A stretch of DNA of 15,270 nucleotides from Pseudobdellovibrionaceae bacterium (GTDB taxonomy: Bacteria; Bdellovibrionota; Bdellovibrionia; Bdellovibrionales; Bdellovibrionaceae): the NCBI GenBank assembly GCA_039810425.1, contig JBDHWW010000063.1, forward strand, positions 1 to 15,270, in the 5' to 3' direction. Below the pieces are notes generated by a model. That model did no database searches, had not been told where the DNA came from, and saw only the letters and a list, made by a program, of their open reading frames with translations. Below are positions 1-8,009 of this stretch, piece after piece (the stretch's first letter is position 1; each line of letters starts with the position of its first letter). Made by a program: the position numbers and the translations under genes.

Positions 1-105
1 TGAGGGGAGAGCCCTCAACAGACAGGATGTCTGTTTGCAGTGACTTTGCGGCAATAAAAAACTCCGCATTCTCCACCGAAACACCCCCTTCTAATAAACG
101 GAGAG

Positions 106-400
106 GCTCTAGAAAGAGCGGCCAAATGCCCTTTGGCCGGCATTCTGGAGACTTTATAGCCTAAAACCCTTCGAGTCCCTGACTCAACCACGGCGGTGAC
201 GGATAAGGGTTTGCATTTTGAGTGTTCAAAGGTCTCTAGGTCATCAAACTCGACTTCTTTTGCTCTACTGTAGACATGGTTTAATTGAGGAAGAAGGTCC
301 TTCGTATGAAGGCCTAAGAAGAGAAACTTTCTCACCACGGTTTTTACGTTAATCCTTAAAATCCGAGCTATTCTTCGTTGAGAGGTGCCACTTACAACCC
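106..400 (-). pseudogene. Transposase remnant (IS1-like/unclassified DDE type): HTH plus first catalytic motif only
   Basis: The frame of ORF 15..338 stays open upstream as SGTSQRRIARILRINVKTVVRK (HTH-like). It continues EFDDLETFEHSKCKPLSVTAVVESGTRRVLGYKVSRMPAKG, a DDE-type start I recall from Bdellovibrionota transposases. Similarity stops after ALSR, and an in-frame stop lies just upstream, so both ends are missing. Confidence 0.6.
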
Positions 401-433
401 CTTTGCCATCAACAGCGTAAGGGGGCAGTTTTT
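396..433. terminator. Imperfect stem-loop just downstream of hutU, possible terminator
   Basis: CCCCTTTGC-CATCAACA-GCGTAAGGGGG is followed by CAGTTTTT on the + strand. The stem is imperfect and the U-tract on the hutU strand is weak. Confidence 0.3.
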
Positions 434-439
434 AAAAAA

Positions 440-2092
440 TTAAACCCAAAGGCTTTTTACACCGCGCTCGCGGGCAACCGCGACGGCTTCTTCGTAGCCA
501 GCATCGACGTGACGGAAGACTCCCATGGCCGGATCGGCCGTCAATACGCGCTCTAAGCGCGCGGCAGCCTCCGCCGTCCCATCAGCGACGATCACTTGTC
601 CCGCATGCTGGCTGTAACCCATCCCCACGCCACCACCGTGATGCAAGCTCACCCAAGTAGCGCCGCAAGCTGTGTTCACCATCGCGTTCAGCAAGGCCCA
701 GTCACTGACCGCATCTGAACCGTCTTTCATCGCTTCGGTTTCGCGGTTTGGACTTGCCACAGATCCGCAATCCAAATGATCACGACCGATGACAATCGGT
801 GCTTTCACTTTGCCTTCAGCCACAAGTCTATTAAACATCAATCCGGCTTTCGCGCGCTCACCATACTCAAGCCAGCAAATACGTGCCGGCAAACCTTGGA
901 AGGCAATGCGTTCTTCGGCCATGTCTAACCAACGGAGAAGGTCTTTTTTGTGCGGAAAGAGTTCGCGCATGGCTTGGTCTGTGACTTTGATATCATTTGG
1001 ATCGCCTGACAAAGCCACCCAACGGAACGGCCCGCTGCCTTTGCAGAAAAGTGGACGGATGTAAGCTGGAACGAAACCAGGATAGTCGAACGCATTTTCA
1101 ACGCCAGCTTCTTGGGCACGCGCCCGCAAATTGTTGCCGTAGTCAAAAGTGACCGCGCCTTTTTCTTTCATCTTGAGCATGCCACGCACGTGCTTTGCCA
1201 TCGAGGCGTAGGCCGCCGCCAAGTACGCTTTTTGATCTTTCTTACGGAACTCCGCGGCTGTCTCGACCGTGTAGCCCTCAGGAATATAACCCACGAGCGG
1301 GTCGTGGGCCGAAGTTTGGTCCGTCAACAAATCCGGAGTGTAGTTTTTCTCGATGAGTTGCCAGATCACGCTCGCCATATTGCCTTCAACCGCGATGGAT
1401 TTTGCTTCGCCCGCTTGGGTGTACTTTTTTATTCTTGCCAAAGCGTCGTCAAGGTCTGTTGCGACTTCGTCGATGTACTTTGTCTCTAGGCGTTTTTGAA
1501 TACGCGTCGGATCGACTTCAACCGCCAACACGCAGGCCCCGGCAAACACACCCGCCAGAGGTTGCGCCCCCCCCATGCCGCCCAAGCCCGCAGTCAGAAT
1601 CGTGCGGCCCTTTAAATTGCCCCCGAAATGCTGACGGCCCGCTTCGACGAAAGTTTCGTAAGTGCCTTGAATGATACCTTGAGTGCCGATGTAGATCCAT
1701 GAGCCCGCCGTCATTTGGCCGTACATCATGAGACCTTTTTTATCGAGCTCATTAAACACTTCCCACGTCGCCCATTTCGGAACGAGGTTGGAGTTCGCCA
1801 GCAAAACGCGTGGCGCATCTTCGTGGGTTTTCAAAATACCGATTGGCTTACCGGATTGAACGAGCAGCGTTTCGTTGTTCTCAAGAGTTTTCAAAGCCGC
1901 CAAAATTTTATCGAAGCTTTCCCAGTTACGCGCTGCTTTGCCAATGCCGCCGTACACCACCAGATCTTCAGGGCGCTCTGCCACCATCGGGTCCAAATTG
2001 TTTTGGATCATCCGATAGGCCGCCTCTTGCAGCCAGCCTTTGCAAACAAGTTTACTACCAGTAGGGGCGCGCACGACGCGGGATTGTGACAT
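440..2092 (-). CDS. hutU: Urocanate hydratase (urocanase)
   Basis: Conserved motifs [71 protein letters not shown] and HHGGGVGMG. Start placed at ATG 2092 (MSQSRVV), downstream of a GGAGG SD. Confidence 0.98.
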   Translation of the reverse strand: MSQSRVVRAPTGSKLVCKGWLQEAAYRMIQNNLDPMVAERPEDLVVYGGIGKAARNWESFDKILAALKTLENNETLLVQSGKPIGILKTHEDAPRVLLANSNLVPKWATWEVFNELDKKGLMMYGQMTAGSWIYIGTQGIIQGTYETFVEAGRQHFGGNLKGRTILTAGLGGMGGAQPLAGVFAGACVLAVEVDPTRIQKRLETKYIDEVATDLDDALARIKKYTQAGEAKSIAVEGNMASVIWQLIEKNYTPDLLTDQTSAHDPLVGYIPEGYTVETAAEFRKKDQKAYLAAAYASMAKHVRGMLKMKEKGAVTFDYGNNLRARAQEAGVENAFDYPGFVPAYIRPLFCKGSGPFRWVALSGDPNDIKVTDQAMRELFPHKKDLLRWLDMAEERIAFQGLPARICWLEYGERAKAGLMFNRLVAEGKVKAPIVIGRDHLDCGSVASPNRETEAMKDGSDAVSDWALLNAMVNTACGATWVSLHHGGGVGMGYSQHAGQVIVADGTAEAAARLERVLTADPAMGVFRHVDAGYEEAVAVARERGVKSLWV

Positions 2093-2117
2093 GGGAATTT
2101 CCTCCAATTAGGAGGTG

Positions 2118-2146
2118 AAAATACGGAGTAAAAACTCACTTTTCAA
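2118..2146 (-). promoter_or_regulatory. Putative sigma70 promoter of hutU
   Basis: The minus strand reads TTGAAA (2146-2141), a 17 nt spacer, then TATTTT (2123-2118), about 25 nt upstream of the ATG. Confidence 0.5.
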
Positions 2147-2199
2147 GAAGTACAGGAGCCCCTCAGTGCGCCGCGACAGGGAGTAGGGCCCGACCTATT

Positions 2200-2601
2200 T
2201 TAGCTGCCGAAAATAAATGGATATGTGACTGGGAAGGTCTTCCCTTCTTCGGCCGGAGGAAATGTCCAATGGATGACTCTCTCAGTAACACAACCTTCGA
2301 GCGCCTGATCTTTGGAGGTATTGTCCTTGATCGTCAGGTTTTGTACGGCCCCTTTGTCGTCGATATCCCATTGAGCCGTGACCTTACCCTTTGTTGCCAT
2401 GCCCTCAATAATTAAATCGGTGTAGCACTGTTGCACGTCATTAAGGCGGCTTTTCACCACCTGTTTCACGGAACTGAGATTTAACTTCTCGGGACCTGCG
2501 GATTCTTTTTTAGCTTTGGCGGAGGCTTCTAGACTTAAGCCGAAAACACAAAGAAGTAGACTCGAGAAGAAAAGGAGCCTCTTTAAAATTCCTTTTTTCA
2601 T
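2200..2601 (-). CDS. Exported AgmX/PglI C-terminal (TonB-C-like) domain protein
   Basis: Signal-peptide-like N-terminus MKKGILKRLLFFSSLLLCVFGLSLEASA. Domain pattern VQQCY...GKVTAQWDIDDKGAV...LEGCV...WTFPP...VTYPFIF. ATG 2601 is preferred over the longer ORF start. Confidence 0.8.
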   Translation of the reverse strand: MKKGILKRLLFFSSLLLCVFGLSLEASAKAKKESAGPEKLNLSSVKQVVKSRLNDVQQCYTDLIIEGMATKGKVTAQWDIDDKGAVQNLTIKDNTSKDQALEGCVTERVIHWTFPPAEEGKTFPVTYPFIFGS

Positions 2602-2620
2602 AAGACACCATCCTGTGGAT

Positions 2621-2626
2621 ATTATA
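2621..2626 (-). promoter_or_regulatory. Putative -10 box for the AgmX/PglI-domain gene
   Basis: Perfect TATAAT on the minus strand about 20 nt upstream of ATG 2601. No convincing -35. Confidence 0.35.
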
Positions 2627-2771
2627 CAACAGCACCACATCCCTCCCTACGAGAAAATGATTTGCCGGTTTTTTGAACAGTATTTCAACGAAAAAACTGG
2701 ACTCTTACTCAATACAAAAGCCCAGTCTCGCGGTAAACAGTCACACCTTGGAAAACAAATCGCAGGTGACT

Positions 2772-3869
2772 CTAAGACTTTTTAAAAATGTGAAATTGAT
2801 AGACACCTGTTCCATCAATTTTCTGGGCCCATAAATCCCTTTCACGGAGATCTTGCCAGCCTTTCAAATCCGGCGCCGTCGGCGCACGCATGAAAGAGCG
2901 GATCACCATTTGCGATCCAGCCTTGGTGTCGCCATGCAGTCGTTGCAAAATCTGGTTCGCGTCCTCTTCAGGAAGGTAGGAAATCGTATCCGAAAGCGAG
3001 ATAAAATCGTAGTTCTTATTCGGCAGATGTTCCAGCATATTTCCGAGCAAGTAATTCACTTTGGTTGGCGCTGTTTTCACGCGTTCAAAAATATGCTGGT
3101 GTGCTTCGAGCGGCAGGCCCTCCTCGTAAACGATCTTTCCGAGGAAAAGAATCTGCATGAAGTAGTTCTTGCGCACAAGCTGCGTGCGGAAAATACGATC
3201 GAACTCCTGAGTGATGAACTCCCACGGGGCCCGGGCTTCAGTTTTTGCTTCGCTGCGGCCGCTGAAATGACCCTTGTAGAGAAACTTGTTAAATACATAT
3301 TCACTGCCCGCAACGCGGATGAAGGTCTTCCACCGGACGCGTGGCCAGTGCTTTTCATAGAGCTCCACTTGTTCGGGGAGCGACTGGGCTTCAAAAACTT
3401 TCGCGAAGTCACACTTCAGGACTTCGCGGAAAAGAAATCCGAGCTTTTGGAAATGCGACTCCCAGCGGCCAAGCAAAATAAATCCGCGGGGGGTCCAGCC
3501 GGCACTGCGTTCACTCCAGTATTTTTTTGCCTCTGGGCTGAGCGGCACTTTTTCAAAAACCGCTCTGCGGTCATCGCCCTCACGCGGACTCGATTGAAGC
3601 GCACCCCGATAGCCCATCAGAAACAGGTACTCTTCATAGGTCAGGGTTTTCATCGCCTCAAAGCGCAACTCACAGAGATAGTTTTGGCTCACCGACATAT
3701 CCACAACGTCGAGTTCCTTCGGATGTTTGGCGATCAGTGGCATGCAACGCGCGCCAGAGCCCGCGATACTGAAAACTCGGGACACTTTTTCCGGCAATAG
3801 GTCAAACTCAACACGGGTGTCTTCATTGGCCAACGTATAGTTTAAATCCGAAAAATACTCTTGCGCCAC
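2772..3869 (-). CDS. DUF3419/BtaA-family protein (SAM-dependent 3-amino-3-carboxypropyl transferase-like)
   Basis: Family pattern LNYTLANED...SIAGSG...VVDMSVSQ..LCELR, ILLGRWE, NYF and ISLSDTISY...IRSF. GTG start downstream of an AAGGA SD. The substrate is not established. Confidence 0.8.
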   Translation of the reverse strand: MAQEYFSDLNYTLANEDTRVEFDLLPEKVSRVFSIAGSGARCMPLIAKHPKELDVVDMSVSQNYLCELRFEAMKTLTYEEYLFLMGYRGALQSSPREGDDRRAVFEKVPLSPEAKKYWSERSAGWTPRGFILLGRWESHFQKLGFLFREVLKCDFAKVFEAQSLPEQVELYEKHWPRVRWKTFIRVAGSEYVFNKFLYKGHFSGRSEAKTEARAPWEFITQEFDRIFRTQLVRKNYFMQILFLGKIVYEEGLPLEAHQHIFERVKTAPTKVNYLLGNMLEHLPNKNYDFISLSDTISYLPEEDANQILQRLHGDTKAGSQMVIRSFMRAPTAPDLKGWQDLRERDLWAQKIDGTGVYQFHIFKKS

Positions 3870-3985
3870 GCGGGATCCTTTCTAAGGTCAGATAAGGCAA
3901 TTTCATAGTGATCTAATCCAAGTTCTTGCCTATAATACTCTAACCAGAGATTTTTGAAAAAGCATCTCGGAGAAAGACCAGATTC
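3870..3985. promoter_or_regulatory. Divergent promoter region between the btaA-like gene and the + strand operon
   Basis: AT-rich 116 bp gap. TATAAT at 3931-3936 on the + strand overlaps TATTAT on the - strand. Confidence 0.45.
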
Positions 3986-4732
3986 ATGAGTTTTCGTGCA
4001 CTTCTTGTCACGTCGCGAGTGACTTTTGTACCGGAGAATTACAATCAACTTGTCTGCGGGCTTGCTGAAGCCCCGCATATTGTCGGTTGCATGATCGTCG
4101 ACAACCGCGATTGGAAAATGGTTCTGCAAGGTTTGGCGTTAGTACTCACCGGCGCCGGCCCCCGCATGGGCACGCAGCTATTGAAAAATTACTTCAACGA
4201 TCTTCTTTCGCGCAAAGAATCGGCGTACCGGAATGCTGAAAAAAAATTCTTTATCGTCGGTGATCTTAATTCCGAGGAAGCCCTCGACATCCTTCGCCGC
4301 GAAAACATCGACTTGATCCTGAATGCGCGCACACGCACGTTCTTTAAGAAAAAACTTTTGGCCACTCCCCGTTTGGGCTGCATCAACATCCACCACGGTC
4401 TCCTGCCGGACCAACGCGGGCTGATGTGTGACTTCTGGGCGCATTTGGAAAAAACCCCTTCCGGCTTTTCAATTCACCAAATGACTTCGAAACTTGACGC
4501 TGGCGCCATTCTGAAAGTCGTCGAAGTAAAAACCGCGAAGACCGACTACCTGGAATCGATCTTTCATGGCTCCAAACAAGAGGTCATCGCCGCGAAAGAG
4601 GCCCTGGCGGAAATCGCTAAGGCCGGAGCGGTCTCTGGAATTGCAAATAGTGAAACCGAAAAAACCATTTACCGTTCAAACCCTACGATCTTGGACTTCT
4701 TTAAGCTTAAATTCAAAGGGACGAAAATATGA
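3986..4732 (+). CDS. Formyltransferase family protein (Formyl_trans_N domain only)
   Basis: CINIHHGLLPDQRG carries the catalytic Asn/His and HQMTSKLDAGAIL the catalytic Asp. At 248 aa it lacks the Fmt C-terminal domain. ATGA overlap with the next gene. Confidence 0.85.
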   Translation: MSFRALLVTSRVTFVPENYNQLVCGLAEAPHIVGCMIVDNRDWKMVLQGLALVLTGAGPRMGTQLLKNYFNDLLSRKESAYRNAEKKFFIVGDLNSEEALDILRRENIDLILNARTRTFFKKKLLATPRLGCINIHHGLLPDQRGLMCDFWAHLEKTPSGFSIHQMTSKLDAGAILKVVEVKTAKTDYLESIFHGSKQEVIAAKEALAEIAKAGAVSGIANSETEKTIYRSNPTILDFFKLKFKGTKI

Positions 4733-7140
4733 AAACCATTATTGCCCTGCATGGGAACCCGGGCTCCCCTGCCGACTGGAATATTTTGCGTGACAAAATA
4801 AGCCCGCAATTCCAACTCAAAGCAGTCGATGCTTATAGCGACGCCTGGAAACAAGAAGTCACCCGCGGAGGCGATAAGAAAATCATCGTGGCGCACTCGT
4901 GGGGTGCATACTTGATTTTGAAAAACCTGAAAGAACTTAAAAACCACATCGAGAAAGTGATCCTGGTCGCTCCATACGTAAAACCAGAGCGCCCACTTTC
5001 GGGCCTGGCGGCAACTTTGCTGAAAGTTCCGGGCCTTGGTGACGCTTTAATCAAGTCCAATCACCAAAAAGCCAAGGACGCTTTCGTGGGCGACCTGATT
5101 CACCCAAACACGGTGAAAGACCTTCCGTACTTCCAGACTTTGCACAATCACTTCCAAGACTGGACGGTTTGGCAAAAGACGGTGGTGAATAAAATCAAGA
5201 TGCAAGACAATCCTTGGAGCGAGGCAGAAATCACCGACGTGCCGCTCGCTGTTTTGTACGGCGAACTTGATAAGATCTCCAGTAACGAAATTCAATCGGC
5301 GGTGCTGGGTAAATACCCCCACGCGCAGATGAAAACCATTCCCGCGACGGGTCACGGGCTCCTTTGGAGCCACCCCGAGAAGATCATTTCTGAAATTTCC
5401 ACTGAAGGAGCGACTGTGAGCACGAACAATCAAAAAATCGGTTACTACGCTGGAAGCGATGAGCGTAACAATGTTATCAACTACATGGAAAAGCATTTGC
5501 GGGAGTTTCCGGACCGTGTGGCCCTGCGCTGGGCAAAGCGCGAATCCATGGCGCAATGGGATGGCTCTCCGAAAACACCCATTCAACATGATGAAATCAC
5601 TTACAAAAACTTTGCCGCGCGCATCAACTCTTTCGCACAAGGGCTGCTGGATATCGGTATTCAAAAAGGTGATCGCGTGATCATCTTCTTGCCTATGAGC
5701 CTCGATATGTACACGGCGATGTTCGCGGTTCAGCGTATCGGCGCCATTGCCGTATTTTTGGATTCTTGGGCGCGTAGCCATCACTTGGGGGCCTCCGCCG
5801 AGTGTGTGGGCCCGAAAGCCATGATCAGCTTTCAGCAGGCGTTTGCGCTCGTCGATCAGGTTCCAGAATTTAAATCCATGCCGATACGTGTCCTTTACGG
5901 CCCCGGTGACAAGTGCACCCACCGTTTTCCTGAATTATTGAAACCCACGGCTTCACCGATTGCGGCGGTTGAGAGTGAGTTCACCGCCTTGATCACTTTC
6001 ACAACCGGTTCTACGGGTAAACCAAAAGGCGCAAACCGCACGCACCGCTTCTTGTCCGCCCAGCATCATGCGCTTTCCCATGTGATTCCTTACACGGAAA
6101 AAGACAAAGACATGCCGGCATTCCCGATCTTCAGTTTGAACAACTTGGCCAGCGGAGTGACGACGATTTTACCAGCGGTGGACCTGGCGGCGCCTTCGGA
6201 ACGTGACTCAGCGATCTTAGCTTGTCAGATCTTGAACGAAGGTATCAACTGCACGACGCTTTCTCCGAGCATGCTGGTGGGCTTAGCCCGCTATTGCAAA
6301 GAACACGGCATTAAACTCGACAAACTCCGCCGCGTCGTCACCGGCGGCGCGCCGATTTCCAAAGACGACGTTAAGAACTTCTATGCGATCGCCCCGCAAA
6401 CAGATCTTTGGATCTTGTATGGCTCTACTGAAGCAGAACCAATGGCCCATATCGAAGGCCGGGATATGCTTAAAGAAAATCCTTCAGCGGATCCGGAGAT
6501 CATTGAAGAAGGCGTGAACGTGGGTCATATCAGCGAAGATATCGACTACAAATTCATCCGCATTAAAGACGGTCCGGTGGAATTGCAAGGTTCCTCTTGG
6601 TCACAAGTCGAGGTGGCAAACGGCGAAGTGGGCGAGTTTATCTGTACGGGTGATCACGTTTGCCGGGACTACTACAACAATAAAGAGGCCTTTAAAACCA
6701 CCAAAATTATGGATGGCCAAAACCAGGTTTGGCACAGAACCGGTGACTTGGCTTATATCGACTCTAAAAAGGACCTTTGGATCGTGGGCCGCACCAACAA
6801 CGCGATTGAGCGCGGCGGTAAGTACTACTTCCCGGTGCGAGCCGAAGTGCTGTTGAAGCGCATGCCCTTTGCTTATCGTTGCGCCTTCCTCGGCATGGAC
6901 GACAAAACCCTCGGTCAAGCCACTTTTGCATGTGTGGAGCTTAAAGCGGACATCGATAAAGCCACTTTTGACTTTGAGGCCGCGAAAAAAGAAATCAACC
7001 GCGTCTTTGCCAAGAACAGAATTCCCATCGATCAAATCAAGTTCGTCAAGGCGGTTCCGATGGATCCCCGGCATCACTCGAAAGTGGAATATAAAGTCTT
7101 GCGTGACCAACTGAAAGACCCGGGAGCTATCATTGCGTAA
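4729..7140 (+). CDS. Alpha/beta hydrolase fused to an AMP-binding (OleC-like adenylate-forming) enzyme
   Basis: N-terminal domain: LHGNPG, AHSWG (Ser57), YGELD, TGHG. C-terminal domain: ITFTTGSTGKPKG, TGGAP, YGSTEAEP, WHRTGD, IVGR, and MDPRHHSKV, which resembles the OleC PVDxRHNAKI motif. Confidence 0.88.
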   Translation: MKTIIALHGNPGSPADWNILRDKISPQFQLKAVDAYSDAWKQEVTRGGDKKIIVAHSWGAYLILKNLKELKNHIEKVILVAPYVKPERPLSGLAATLLKVPGLGDALIKSNHQKAKDAFVGDLIHPNTVKDLPYFQTLHNHFQDWTVWQKTVVNKIKMQDNPWSEAEITDVPLAVLYGELDKISSNEIQSAVLGKYPHAQMKTIPATGHGLLWSHPEKIISEISTEGATVSTNNQKIGYYAGSDERNNVINYMEKHLREFPDRVALRWAKRESMAQWDGSPKTPIQHDEITYKNFAARINSFAQGLLDIGIQKGDRVIIFLPMSLDMYTAMFAVQRIGAIAVFLDSWARSHHLGASAECVGPKAMISFQQAFALVDQVPEFKSMPIRVLYGPGDKCTHRFPELLKPTASPIAAVESEFTALITFTTGSTGKPKGANRTHRFLSAQHHALSHVIPYTEKDKDMPAFPIFSLNNLASGVTTILPAVDLAAPSERDSAILACQILNEGINCTTLSPSMLVGLARYCKEHGIKLDKLRRVVTGGAPISKDDVKNFYAIAPQTDLWILYGSTEAEPMAHIEGRDMLKENPSADPEIIEEGVNVGHISEDIDYKFIRIKDGPVELQGSSWSQVEVANGEVGEFICTGDHVCRDYYNNKEAFKTTKIMDGQNQVWHRTGDLAYIDSKKDLWIVGRTNNAIERGGKYYFPVRAEVLLKRMPFAYRCAFLGMDDKTLGQATFACVELKADIDKATFDFEAAKKEINRVFAKNRIPIDQIKFVKAVPMDPRHHSKVEYKVLRDQLKDPGAIIA

Positions 7141-8008
7141 CTGGCTGATTCTCATCAAAGAGCGTTTTAGTCCCGGAAGTTACCTTCCGATGATTTTCAT
7201 CTTCACTCTGGCTAACGGCCTGTACTTGTCGAAGGCCGCAAGTTACACCTTCGATACCGGCCGCTTTCTCTGCGTGCTGGCGCTGATGCTGAGTTTTTTC
7301 TTCCGCATGCGTTGCTTTGATGAAATCAAAGACTACGAAGTGGACCTAAAAGTGAATCCGACCCGCCCGCTGGCGCGCGGGGTGCTGACCGTTCCACAAG
7401 TTAAAAAGGGCCTCTTCTGGATGGTTCTTTTTGAAGTGGTTGTCGCGGCTTTTTTGGGTTTCTGGCCTTTCCTGATCCATGTGATGGCGATTGGTTACAG
7501 TCTGCTCATGTACGAAGAATTCTTTGTCGGCGATTTCCTGAGGCCTCACTTAACCACCTATGCCGTGACCCACACCTTCGTCAGCGTTCTTTTGGGTGTT
7601 TCGGCCGCGACCGCGATTGTGAATTTCAACCCCCAGAAAATTCAATTCGTGGATATTTGTTTCTTTCTGATGAACTGGTGTTTTTTCAATTTATTTGAAT
7701 TTGCCCGCAAGACCTTCGCGCCGAACGAGGAACGCCCGCATGTTCCCAGCTACAGCAATATCTTTAGGCCCAAAGGCGCTTGGTTGCTTTCGTGGTCACA
7801 GGTGCTCACCGGCACTCTCCTTTCTTGGGTGGCGCTCAGCAATCACCCGCGTTTTTATTGGCTGATTGTGGGGGCGGTTCTATATACGCTTTTAAGCGTT
7901 GGCTATGCGCTCAATCCCCAGTTGAAGATGGCTAAGATCTTCCGCAACGGCACCGGGGTGTATTTGCTTTTACATTACGTTCTAATCTGCTTTGTGATGG
8001 GAGCTTAA
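7133..8008 (+). CDS. UbiA prenyltransferase-superfamily membrane protein
   Basis: Multiple hydrophobic segments and the first Asp-rich motif FDEIKDYEVDLKVNPTRPLARG. TTG start overlaps the upstream stop by 8 bp. Confidence 0.8.
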   Translation: MRNWLILIKERFSPGSYLPMIFIFTLANGLYLSKAASYTFDTGRFLCVLALMLSFFFRMRCFDEIKDYEVDLKVNPTRPLARGVLTVPQVKKGLFWMVLFEVVVAAFLGFWPFLIHVMAIGYSLLMYEEFFVGDFLRPHLTTYAVTHTFVSVLLGVSAATAIVNFNPQKIQFVDICFFLMNWCFFNLFEFARKTFAPNEERPHVPSYSNIFRPKGAWLLSWSQVLTGTLLSWVALSNHPRFYWLIVGAVLYTLLSVGYALNPQLKMAKIFRNGTGVYLLLHYVLICFVMGA

Positions 8009-8009
8009 G

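Noticed and set aside
1..17. TGAGGG-GAGAG-CCCTCA hairpin
   Set aside because: Short and at the window edge, so its context cannot be judged.
2516..2785. 89 aa + strand ORF over the intergenic gap
   Set aside because: Overlaps both neighbouring genes on the opposite strand and has no motifs.
2853..3800. 315 aa + strand ORF
   Set aside because: Lies wholly antisense to the btaA-like gene with no recognisable motifs. Treated as a shadow ORF.
3986..4732. Calling the gene fmt or purN
   Set aside because: It lacks the Fmt C-terminal domain and the typical N-terminal motifs of both, and the context differs.
5047..7158. 291 aa and 185 aa - strand ORFs
   Set aside because: Antisense shadows of the hydrolase-ligase gene with no motifs.
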